From an uncultured virus (IMG/VR IMGVR_UViG_3300025723_000029) (Duplodnaviria > Heunggongvirae > Uroviricota > Caudoviricetes), in IMG/VR virus record IMGVR_UViG_3300025723_000029: a stretch of DNA of 64,000 nt; one strand, given 5' to 3'. Both the position numbers and the translations under genes were made by a program. This document shows, one piece after another, positions 25,581 through 34,800 of the stretch. The notes under the pieces are model-generated. The model was not told where the DNA came from and did no database searches. It saw nothing but the letters and a program-made list of their open reading frames with translations. Numbering within the stretch: the stretch's first letter is position 1; each line of letters opens with the position of its first letter.

Positions 25581-26510
25581 CTACCAGCCTTCCTGTTGTC
25601 GTATTATATCAATCTCTCTGACCATGACTCCGCGATTGTGCCAATTGCTGAGATAGTGTTGTTTGAAGAATGCACTTTCGCCTGGTCCCATCATGTTGAT
25701 CGGTAAATCCAGCTGGGTGACCAAGTCTTCGGCCACACGTCCGGCCAGGATCTCGGGGTCCGAATCTTTCACTGTGTGCCATAATTTTTCCAAAGCATCA
25801 AAATCCTGCACAGTTCGATAATCCCAGGCGGGCGTGATCATGGTCATGTAGGTGCCCATCCTGGCACCGGCCATGGCCCAGATACCGTGTTCCACATCGC
25901 GACCCACGTTGTGCCATACAGTCAAATGGTCCAGATTTCTGTGATGCACACGATCCTGGAATTCGGCTATGCTGGGTCTACGCCCTTGATCCAGGCACAT
26001 TTTGACGCCTTCTCTAAATCCGGCACGCCAGGCATGGAATGCCGATCCGTTGGGATAGGTAGTGCTGTAGCAATCGTGCATGGCCCAGTATTGTGGATCA
26101 AAACAAAACTCCACTTGGGTTTCGGTACGGCCATCTGTGGCTTCGTGAGTCTGCATGGTGTTTGCAAAAGTTCGTGTCCACGAACTGAGTCCGCCGTTGC
26201 CGTACATGAGACCATTTACGTGATTTCTAGCACGCCAACGAAACACTGCCGATTCCCACTCGGCAGTGGGCAACTCCAGAGTAAGATTGAAAAAACTTTC
26301 ATCCGGCATGTTGTCGCCATCGATCAAGACAAATCGTTCGGTGTTGCTGGCCTCTGCTGCGGCCTTGTGTGCAGCGTCCGATCCTTTGACTCCGTCTACT
26401 CGACGAGCCCACGGAATCTGGTTGCGTATGCGTGCCCAGTTTTCTTCGCGGTCGGGTTCGTCGTAGGTGAGAAAAATACAATCAAGATCAGCTATGTCAA
26501 TACGTTTCAT
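25581..26510 (-). CDS. GT-A fold (GT2-like) glycosyltransferase
   Basis: IFLTYDEP, VDGVKG..AAHKAAA, FVLIDGDN (DxD), NGLMYGNGG; ATG 26510 by ATGA overlap. Confidence 0.75.
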   Translation of the reverse strand: MKRIDIADLDCIFLTYDEPDREENWARIRNQIPWARRVDGVKGSDAAHKAAAEASNTERFVLIDGDNMPDESFFNLTLELPTAEWESAVFRWRARNHVNGLMYGNGGLSSWTRTFANTMQTHEATDGRTETQVEFCFDPQYWAMHDCYSTTYPNGSAFHAWRAGFREGVKMCLDQGRRPSIAEFQDRVHHRNLDHLTVWHNVGRDVEHGIWAMAGARMGTYMTMITPAWDYRTVQDFDALEKLWHTVKDSDPEILAGRVAEDLVTQLDLPINMMGPGESAFFKQHYLSNWHNRGVMVREIDIIRQQEGW

Positions 26511-26842
26511 CTCAAACTCCATTTCTTGTGTGGTCGGTCTTGGGTGACCACCACACATATATCTCTAGGATCGCAGGCTGTTCCTGAATCTTCGGGTTGT
26601 AATCTTGGTGGTGCTGGTCGCTGCAAATACTGTATAATTCCATCCTGTATGCGTAGATTGAAAGATCCTGCGTGCCATACATCAACGTCAAGTTCTATAT
26701 AATTACCGGGCAGATGTTCCTGGCTGTAGAAAAGCGGAACTCCTGCATCATCATAGTACAATCTATATACCGGCACCGGCGGTTCGTGATCTCGCAATCG
26801 TTGTAGGCTGCGCCAGAAGTCTTGTTCAGTCAGTTCAGTCAC
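26507..26842 (-). CDS. hypothetical protein
   Basis: ~111-aa ORF (GTG 26842 or ATG 26860); YRLYYD...LPGNYI. Confidence 0.7.
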   Translation of the reverse strand: MTELTEQDFWRSLQRLRDHEPPVPVYRLYYDDAGVPLFYSQEHLPGNYIELDVDVWHAGSFNLRIQDGIIQYLQRPAPPRLQPEDSGTACDPRDICVVVTQDRPHKKWSLR

Positions 26843-27608
26843 GGAATGCCTCTTTGACATGATAATGTACCAGTCCCCATTGGGCCACGGTGTTGATGCG
26901 CAATCCGGGCATGGTCTGCTCGGCTACCAGTTCTTGGGTCCAATCGTCACCAAGCAGTCCGATCATGTGCTGTTTCATATGCACTATGCTGGGACCCAGA
27001 CCTGCGGGCAACATGACCGACTCGGGACCCAGTATCACAGCAGCCATGGCATAGACCACGTCGGTGGTAGGAGCCTCGTCGGCAAATTTCAAAACACGTC
27101 GGTAACTGGCCCAGTTTTCAAATATGTCACGCACCGTGGCAAAAAATTGTCGGGCTGGTCTACTCACACGCCAGTAGGTCACAGCATTGTACACATCTGG
27201 CAAATGATTCTGATCAAATATCTTTCTGTAAGATCTGGACTGCGCCGGCTGATCATACAAATTTCTACATCCACGGCTGATCACCACATCTCGTAACTCA
27301 AAAAGATTCCACCAATGATCAATTGGACCTGCACACCACATGTCGGCTTCCAGCTTGATGGTCTGTCGATAAGGGCTGGCGTCAAAGCATTGCCAATCGT
27401 TGACGTATCCTTCAAGATCGCCATGCGGCAATGGAATCACATGATCAAATACCGGATCACTGCATCGATTTACTGTGATGACCGAAATGTTGGCCGACGG
27501 ATGCCATTGTCTAATAGATCGTGCCAATTGCTGGGCACAGGCCACATAGTCCACAGATTCAGTGTTGATGGCCGGTATAAGATAGCCGCGTTCAGCAAGG
27601 ATTGGCAA
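26835..27608 (-). CDS. GT-A fold (GT8-like) glycosyltransferase
   Basis: GYLI.A.N...DY..CA..LA.SI, SPY..TIKLEAD, late VHMK. Confidence 0.7.
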   Translation of the reverse strand: MPILAERGYLIPAINTESVDYVACAQQLARSIRQWHPSANISVITVNRCSDPVFDHVIPLPHGDLEGYVNDWQCFDASPYRQTIKLEADMWCAGPIDHWWNLFELRDVVISRGCRNLYDQPAQSRSYRKIFDQNHLPDVYNAVTYWRVSRPARQFFATVRDIFENWASYRRVLKFADEAPTTDVVYAMAAVILGPESVMLPAGLGPSIVHMKQHMIGLLGDDWTQELVAEQTMPGLRINTVAQWGLVHYHVKEAFRD

Positions 27609-28395
27609 CTATGTCTCCTAGGTATCGTTTGCCCATGGCATGGAAATCAGTCGCAAGCGTGATCCAGCGGGCATGGTTGTCCGAGGTCTTCCAGTCCACT
27701 CGGTACCGATCTTGCGACAGCTGGCTCAATTGATGCTGGTGTGTCACTGTGGCCAGCTTCCAGGGGATACTGGTGTTGGTCTGCACGTGACCATTGACCA
27801 CACCCAAGGCCATGCTCAAGGCAAAATCATTGCGATAGTTTGAATCAACAATGCCGTACACAGCACGATAATGATCCCAGTTGTCTCGAATCATGCCCAT
27901 GGTTTCAAATATCAATCCGACATGATCGCTGCGCCGAAAACACATGACTGTGGCCCAGGTCATGGGATTGTGATAGCGTCCAAAACAGTTGAGTTCATCA
28001 AAATTGTCTCGTCCGGTCACGTCGTAGGCCAGATCGTGTGCTACAAAGTCCTGGCGACTGTCGAACAGGCAGGCCAACTGATCGCTGGTCACCACATAAT
28101 CGGCGTCCAGGACCAAGGTAGTATCGTAGGGCGACAGCTCGTAGGCCGACATCCTGTTGCCGTTGTACCAGGGTACTGTACGATCAAGATCGGCAAAGTA
28201 CCTGGTGGCAGTGCCCGATCTGGTGGCCTGTATGACCTGATCAAATTGGTAAGACTCAGGAACATGATCGCAATCAGTTATGACTGTGACCGGCACAGCC
28301 AGGTGTCGGTGTATGTTGTTGGCGCTCCATGCGGCCAAGGCCATATAGTCCAGCTGATCTGAATTGTAGGCAAATATCACAACACCCTGGGTCAT
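27592..28395 (-). CDS. GT-A fold (GT8-like) glycosyltransferase
   Basis: GVVIFAYN...DY..LA, SPYDTTLVLDADY (DxD), RNDFALS, FHAMGK; ATG 28395 by ATGA overlap. Confidence 0.75.
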   Translation of the reverse strand: MTQGVVIFAYNSDQLDYMALAAWSANNIHRHLAVPVTVITDCDHVPESYQFDQVIQATRSGTATRYFADLDRTVPWYNGNRMSAYELSPYDTTLVLDADYVVTSDQLACLFDSRQDFVAHDLAYDVTGRDNFDELNCFGRYHNPMTWATVMCFRRSDHVGLIFETMGMIRDNWDHYRAVYGIVDSNYRNDFALSMALGVVNGHVQTNTSIPWKLATVTHQHQLSQLSQDRYRVDWKTSDNHARWITLATDFHAMGKRYLGDIVANPC

Positions 28396-28697
28396 CGATT
28401 TTGATTCAGCTGTTCGTGTTCGATCAACCAAGCCGTCATTTGTTCTTGCCAGCGTTGTTGACTCAATGTCATCAGCTCTCGGGTTTGGACCTTGACCGGT
28501 GTTTCATACAAATCCAGCAACACTGCTTCTGTGTCGGGACAGGTCAACAATGTGTTTTGTAACTCAGGACCAGCACGCCACATGCCGCCCTGATAGGCAA
28601 AAGTCATACGACCTTGATATTTTTCTTTGAGAGTCCTGCGTGCAGCCGCATGTTCAAATCTTGTGCGGCCATGTGCGATCAAATTGTCAGTGTCCAT
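28392..28697 (-). CDS. hypothetical protein, first gene of the modification operon
   Basis: 101 aa starting MDTDN at the predicted +1 of the upstream promoter. Confidence 0.75.
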   Translation of the reverse strand: MDTDNLIAHGRTRFEHAAARRTLKEKYQGRMTFAYQGGMWRAGPELQNTLLTCPDTEAVLLDLYETPVKVQTRELMTLSQQRWQEQMTAWLIEHEQLNQNR

Positions 28698-28703
28698 ACA
28701 TGT

Positions 28704-28732
28704 ATTATACACTACATGATTGTATTTGCCAA
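28704..28732 (-). promoter_or_regulatory. sigma70-type promoter heading the minus-strand modification operon (probably leaderless)
   Basis: TTGGCA-N17-TATAAT, 6 nt before ATG 28697. Confidence 0.7.
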
Positions 28733-28756
28733 GCAATATTGGCTATTTTGACCCTG

Positions 28757-29722
28757 TTAGGCTGTGGTAGCGGCCACTGTGGGAGTTCCCCACGAGTTGG
28801 TCAAGTACGTGGTTTCTGGTGGATAATAGGTCAAGATCGTGGTCGGTGCAGTACCGAACGTGGTTCCCGAAGTGGCTGTACCACCCGAAATCTGCGCAGT
28901 TGACCCCGGATTGGTATCACCGTTGTCATGCCAGGTTGTGGTAAAGATTATGGTGGATCCACTGGTATAGGCTGTTATGGTCACATAGTTACCGCTGTAA
29001 GCTGTGCCGGTGTCATACTGTGTGTAAATAGTCTGTGCTGATCCAGTGAGTTGAGCGAACCCGATACCGGTAGCTAACACACTAGGTGTCCCTGTTCCGC
29101 CGGTCTTGTTGGTACCAGTATATGCTACCGAAGCAATGGTTTTGCTGGTACTGGAACTGGTGAATATGACTTTGCCAGCCACTACACCACCAGCGCCGTT
29201 GGCTCCAATAAACGTGTTCCATTCAGTATCGGCCACTGTGCCTGTGCTGCTTTTACCAAATTGCAGTTGTACGTAGCCACCGGCATAAAAGAAATACCCC
29301 ATGGCCGCTGTGCTGGCAAAAGTCATGGTGTGAGTAAAAGTTATGTTCCAGGCCGCACTACCAGATCCGGTGGCAGCTGTTTTGCTGCTGGTCCCAGTCC
29401 AAGCTGTGTATTGGCTGCCTACTGCGTAAGCGTTGAGATAGTTGTTGCTTGTATTGGTAATGTCAGTTTGCACGTTGGCCAAGGCTGCGATAGTAGTACC
29501 TGCTGTGGGGGCTGATCTCGACGTGATCGTGGTCGGCTGATGATTGCCCAGACTGGCTATGGTATTGACCACACTGTCCCATTGCACCGCGGTCACTGTG
29601 CCACCTGTGGCCACTGTGCCCAATGCAGTCTGACCGTAGTAGGTATTCCACGGAGTGTTGATACCCGAGGTAAAAGTATTGTAATCGGTTGCTGCTATTA
29701 GGTTGCCGGTGCTGTATGTCAT
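28757..29722 (-). CDS. Thr/Gly/Ala-rich virion structural protein (fibre-like)
   Basis: 321 aa, very Thr-rich and nearly uncharged; last gene of the tail module; AGGA SD. Confidence 0.7.
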   Translation of the reverse strand: MTYSTGNLIAATDYNTFTSGINTPWNTYYGQTALGTVATGGTVTAVQWDSVVNTIASLGNHQPTTITSRSAPTAGTTIAALANVQTDITNTSNNYLNAYAVGSQYTAWTGTSSKTAATGSGSAAWNITFTHTMTFASTAAMGYFFYAGGYVQLQFGKSSTGTVADTEWNTFIGANGAGGVVAGKVIFTSSSTSKTIASVAYTGTNKTGGTGTPSVLATGIGFAQLTGSAQTIYTQYDTGTAYSGNYVTITAYTSGSTIIFTTTWHDNGDTNPGSTAQISGGTATSGTTFGTAPTTILTYYPPETTYLTNSWGTPTVAATTA

Positions 29723-29740
29723 TTTCTGTTGTTCCTAAAT

Positions 29741-30976
29741 TTATTTGATCATGACTATGGCTTCAACCATACCCAGACCTGGATCTGTTTTGTCTTCCAG
29801 CGCACGCCCTATGGCATTAAACGCTGTGGCCTCACCCGGTTGAGCTGCTCTGGCTATACCGTTGCCGGCACTGACCAGCCTATCACCTTTGGTCACTGTT
29901 CCTGTACATTTTACAGGAACTCGACCGGTTATTGCAACCGGTGGATGAGTGGCATCTGTGCCAGCGCCACTGTTCATCAAATAAGCTGCTTGGGTACTTA
30001 TGACCCCAAACACAGTTTCGCTTAATTCTTGAACAGATTTGGTAATTTCGGCTGTGCCTCCCAATTCAACCACTGTTCCGGCTTCGTATTCGGTATCGGT
30101 TGCAAATCGTTCGGCCACGTCAGCGTATTGTGCGCTGGTGGCACGAGCAAATATAGTATTGAAATATGCACCACTGTTTCCGATATTGCCCACACCGTTG
30201 CCGTTGGCATTTGTTATGTTGCCGACCTGCAGATTGCCGGTATAGGTCGGCAAACTGGTGGTTATTCCACTCAATGTGCTTCCGTTACCAAATATGTAGG
30301 CACCCGAGATATTGCCAGTCACGCTGACTCCAGAATTGCCCTGTCCCCAAAATGATGGCACACTGACACCGCCCACACCATTCACTGTGTTGGCCAATTG
30401 CAGTCCTGGATTCACGTTGGCAAATCCTGTGATAAGAGTCTGTGGAGTAAAAGTGCTGTCTTCGCTGATAATGCCAACCACGGTGCTGTTGACCGTGAGT
30501 TCAATGACCTTGTGGCTTATAGAATTGCTGTCAGTTATAACATTGGCAAATGCGCCGGTGACTCCGGTGCCGGACGTAAATTGCGGTCCAATCAACAACC
30601 ATTTGCTACCGGTCCAGATATTGACCTGTTGGTTCACAGTGTCGTACCACATGTCGCCGGTGTTGCTGTAGGTACTGGTGCTAGGAGTTGCGCTGCTGAC
30701 TACCAGTGCAGCCAGGGTTTTCCAGGCTGATCCCATGTAGATCGAAAGCACACCAGCATTGGGTGTGTTGTTCCACCATAACTGACCAGTAATTGGCGCT
30801 ACTGGAGCAGTCGAATTCGACGCACTTTCCAACAAACGCATGAAATTGTTATCTAAAAATTGTCCATAACCGGCATAATTTTTACCAACCAAAGTCATTG
30901 AGCTGGCAGTGTTGATGGTGCCATCTGCCACGGTGGCAAAAACTGCGCCGTCTGTTAGAGTTATGGTGTATGACAT
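29741..30976 (-). CDS. tail fibre/spike-like protein with probable C-terminal intramolecular chaperone domain
   Basis: N-terminal LVGKNYAGYG...NF..LLE; GQLWW/GDMWYD repeats; C-terminal YADVAERF...GRVPVK...KGD.LV...IGRALE. Confidence 0.7.
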   Translation of the reverse strand: MSYTITLTDGAVFATVADGTINTASSMTLVGKNYAGYGQFLDNNFMRLLESASNSTAPVAPITGQLWWNNTPNAGVLSIYMGSAWKTLAALVVSSATPSTSTYSNTGDMWYDTVNQQVNIWTGSKWLLIGPQFTSGTGVTGAFANVITDSNSISHKVIELTVNSTVVGIISEDSTFTPQTLITGFANVNPGLQLANTVNGVGGVSVPSFWGQGNSGVSVTGNISGAYIFGNGSTLSGITTSLPTYTGNLQVGNITNANGNGVGNIGNSGAYFNTIFARATSAQYADVAERFATDTEYEAGTVVELGGTAEITKSVQELSETVFGVISTQAAYLMNSGAGTDATHPPVAITGRVPVKCTGTVTKGDRLVSAGNGIARAAQPGEATAFNAIGRALEDKTDPGLGMVEAIVMIK

Positions 30977-31008
30977 TATGCGTTATTCCTATCTTTTATT
31001 TTGCACTG

Positions 31009-31016
31009 TATTTATA
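31009..31016 (-). promoter_or_regulatory. T4-type late promoter TATAAATA
   Basis: Exact T4 late consensus 32 nt upstream of ATG 30976, overlapping the upstream stop codon. Confidence 0.75.
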
Positions 31017-31620
31017 CCGCACTGAGATTAGTCAAGGTCTGGATACGCAGGGTATAATCGATCTGTATCTGGCGGTTGAGACTTTTCTGCACAGGATGGA
31101 AAATAACATGCGTGATCAACAGCAGATCAGTGCTGCTACCGTTCCAACATTTCAACCCCAGTTCGTCAAACACATATTCGCCATTGAAATTGGTACTGTT
31201 GTCAAAGGCCTGCTGTCCGGCTGGCTCACCGTAATCCAGCAAACAGGTCACTATGATATCAGTGTAAACCTGCCCTGATGTGTGTACCACAGTCATTTTG
31301 TTGTTGGCTGGATCCAGATTGGTTGCACTGTACTGATCTACTACCTTGGCATAGGTTTGATTGTACAGGCTGGCATTGACACCAGTGGTGTTGGGTGGAA
31401 GATAAGTGATCACACCGGTCAGATCAACTGCGCTACCGCCATTACCGAATGCCATTTCATAAATGAATCCATTTGGACCGTTGCTAAGGGTGTTGGCCAT
31501 ACAAGTACTGATATTTTCATAATTGATAGCATTGCGTTTGTCTACCAATACTTCTCCGGTATGTGGATCGTGTATACGCACAAACCCCTGTACCTGTGCT
31601 AGTCCGGGAGTGATAATCAT
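31012..31620 (-). CDS. virion structural (baseplate-associated) protein
   Basis: 202 aa from ATG 31620; MAFGNGG, FDELGL, THVIFHPVQKS.NR.IQIDYT; follows the giant baseplate gene. Confidence 0.7.
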   Translation of the reverse strand: MIITPGLAQVQGFVRIHDPHTGEVLVDKRNAINYENISTCMANTLSNGPNGFIYEMAFGNGGSAVDLTGVITYLPPNTTGVNASLYNQTYAKVVDQYSATNLDPANNKMTVVHTSGQVYTDIIVTCLLDYGEPAGQQAFDNSTNFNGEYVFDELGLKCWNGSSTDLLLITHVIFHPVQKSLNRQIQIDYTLRIQTLTNLSAV

Positions 31621-31763
31621 GCTGATTTCTCCACTATGACTTGACCAGTTTTGGGATCCGTGATACGCAGATGCGCCTGTAACCACACACTGCCCAATTC
31701 ATCAGGACGACGAGGGTTTGGCTGTGTGGCGTTGTTATTTGTTGTGGGTTTTTTATCCGTCAT
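31617..31763 (-). CDS. 48-aa protein paralogous to the N-terminus of the downstream gene (not in the ORF track)
   Basis: MTDKKPTTNNNATQPNPRRPDELGSVWLQAHLRITDPKTGQVIVEKSA*; ATGA-coupled; preceded by GTAAATA. Confidence 0.7.
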   Translation of the reverse strand: MTDKKPTTNNNATQPNPRRPDELGSVWLQAHLRITDPKTGQVIVEKSA

Positions 31764-31767
31764 GATT

Positions 31768-31774
31768 TATTTAC
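31768..31774 (-). promoter_or_regulatory. late promoter core
   Basis: GTAAATA 4 nt before ATG 31763. Confidence 0.55.
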
Positions 31775-31807
31775 CTTGAGTTTTTACATGTAGATTAAGT
31801 TTTAGAT

Positions 31808-34800
31808 CTAGAAATCAACCCAGGTCCCTCTGCGCACCAGTATGGTTACATCTTGTCCAGCAGGTGGCGTTGCAGTCAGTGTGATCGATACCGGAGTAGA
31901 GGCTGTGACTGTGTAAAATTCAGGAGATACACGCAATCCGCCCACATATACTTCTACAGCAGCGACAAGCGGTTGCCAATAGTCTGTGTCGGTAATATCG
32001 GTTCCGGCCGGTACTGCCTGTTTGGCACGATAAAACTGTCCTCCGTCAAATGGTGTAGTATCGTATGGGGATGAACTAAAAGTTCCTGGAGTTTCTACTA
32101 TGACTCCGGTGTCGTAGCTGTTGGCAATGACCCAGGTTATATCAGTTGTGCTCAGCACAATGCTGGGTGCCACAAATGTTGTGCTGGATCCATCTGCTGT
32201 GACTGTGTCACTGACCACGTAGTTTTGGTATCGTTGACCGTATAAATTGTTACTGCTCATGTCACGCACTGTGGATCCGATAGCATGAGCAGTAACAGCC
32301 GTTCCGGCAGTGCCTCTGATAAGACCACTTACTGTGTTGGCTGTCAAATCAATATTGCGATACATGATGCGTTCAGCATCAATAGTGATCACGCCCCATT
32401 GATTGGTGGCCAGATCCGGCACAAACAAGGCTTCGGCATTGACCACGTGTATGATATCATCGGTTGTGGCCACGGCTTGTGCCACAGTAGTTGTGGTTGG
32501 GCCTGTTATGGCATAGGTCAACTGGAATCCACGCATGTCTTGAAAAATACGGAATTCAGGACTGCCATCATTGGTGATCACACGGAAATCCATGGTATCA
32601 AATTCGCTGCCCGGAACCAGTTCTTCGGGTGCATAGCTGCTGTATTGATCAATGTAGCCGCCGCCTGCTATGTTGATATCAGTGGGTCTCAATCCCAGAT
32701 ATGGATCCACATACGAGCTGGAATAGGCCGCATCTAGGATACTTGGATCATAGGTCGGCGTGCCTTCAAGACTGTAAAATATATTGTCAAATGGATTGAA
32801 ACTGTACCCGCCTAGATCAAATCCTGCATCTTGATCAAAGGCCGGTGCAGACACTTGTACTCCAGGATATGTGACTCCGTTGATCAAGAGCGGCAAGCTG
32901 AGACCGGGCATGTTGGGTGTAGGCGTGTAATAACCCATGGTGCGATCGACTCCGCTCAGCGTCGTAATATCCACCAGACTCCACTGATCCACATTAAAAG
33001 TTGCGGTGTTGACTGAGTAGTTGGCTGACCATACACGATTGAACCAGCGCACCTGGGCGCCAGCTGGGTACGTGATTCCGGCCTGCCATTCTGTTATGTC
33101 AGATGCATATTGATATCGATCAAACCGCATGCGCACGCTGAACTGTCTGGCCATGGCATTGGACATGATTGGAGTGGCACGGGCTCCGGTTCCGTTGCCA
33201 CCGGTCAACGTGATAGTGGCCGTGGTTGTATAACCCGATCCAGGATCAGTCACAGTGACACTGGCCACAGTCCCGTTTGTTCCCAAGGTAGCATAGCCCA
33301 TGGCACCGTTGCCACTCCAGACCAAGGTGGCTGTTCCGTTGACCGCAGACCCCGACACAAACACCGGTGGAGTTTCTCCTGAAGTTCCAGAAACTGTGAC
33401 CAAATAAAGATTGTTGGTTGACCCATTCACATAGTAAATCTGTTGCCCGACGGTGTATACGGTATTGGCTGTCCATGGTGTGCCGAAGGTCACGACCGGA
33501 ACCACTGTGTATCCGGTACCAGACGCGGACATGCTGGCACCGGTAATGCTGAGTGCATGATTGGTAAACCACGGTTGCCAAGGTGGCTCACTCCATATGG
33601 CTGCATTGGCCGACGCATCACTGGCAAAGGATTCTATCGTGCTACCAGCTGCGGTATACGGAGTCAGGACCGGACTCACAAACTGCGGTACTTGCAACGC
33701 ACTGTCCCAATGGGCCGGTACATCAAAGTCGGTCAGTTGGCCATTGTACACATCCTGGCCATCGTAGATTAGATTAAAGGCCAGATTTTGCACATGGAAC
33801 GGTTTGACTTCGTTGATGTAATCTTCCACAAAGGTTTGATCATCTTTTTCGTACAACTGATACGGCAACAAAGGTTGCAGGTTATGATCCGTGATGATAA
33901 AACTGCTCTTGACCAACCAGTCTGGACTGCCAAACTCGCTATACACATATTTGAACATCAGCATGAGCAATTCGTTGCGATATATCAAAAGATCATCCAC
34001 AAACAGTTGTAGGTTGATGGCGTTGATAATTTGTCGTGTTTCTGTGACTGGTGCCTGATCAAAAAACTGCGCATCAAACACATCTGCACCAAATCCATAT
34101 GGACCCAGACTGTAGTTCCACAACACCTCATCAAATGCAATAGTGCCGTTTTCCAGACCCACTCGTGTCCATCCAAGATCTGACCGCAAGTAAATTTCGT
34201 ACAAGCCTTGACCGTTGGCATTGACCTGTACGCTGCTGCCGATTGGTGCTGTGGCCAGACTCAAGGTAGCCAGATCAGCATAGTTGGCCACCTGGGCCAC
34301 TGGCTGTACTGTGCTGTTGTAACCAGGTTGATACCAGTTGATATAGTGCCAATACAGCGGAGTATCAAAATTTTGTATGCGGTTCAGTTGCAGTGCACCA
34401 GTACCGGCGTTGCTGATCACTTCATAAACAGTCCATCTTCCGCCTTCGGTGCTGTCTGACAGCACCAGATATAGATAGCCCGTCGGAACTTGATTGAGAT
34501 TTTGGTAGCCCAGCACTGTGATATTGGGCACAACAAAATTGTAACCGGCTGTGGCTGTTATAGCCTGTGCAGATATCGAAAGACCGGTGCTGATGTTATA
34601 AGTTCCTGCTCCACCTGTTCCGGTAACATAACCGGTTATAACAACTGATGCTGGAATACCTGTACCAGTCAAGGTCTGACCGATCGCAAATGTGCCTGTG
34701 ACTGTGCCTGACACAGTCAATATTGTTCCTGCGATAGAAGCAACCGACGCAGTGCCAATCAACTGACCGGGAGTTGGCTCACTGCTGTTGAGCAAAGCAA

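Noticed and set aside
25887..26702. 271-aa plus-strand ORF
   Set aside because: Antisense to the GT-A gene; no recognisable features
4666..28697. Host-derived LPS/capsule locus, i.e. bacterial contamination or a chimeric contig
   Set aside because: No flippase, polymerase or export genes; continuous with phage genes on both sides, and the same paralog family recurs between gp47 and gp46
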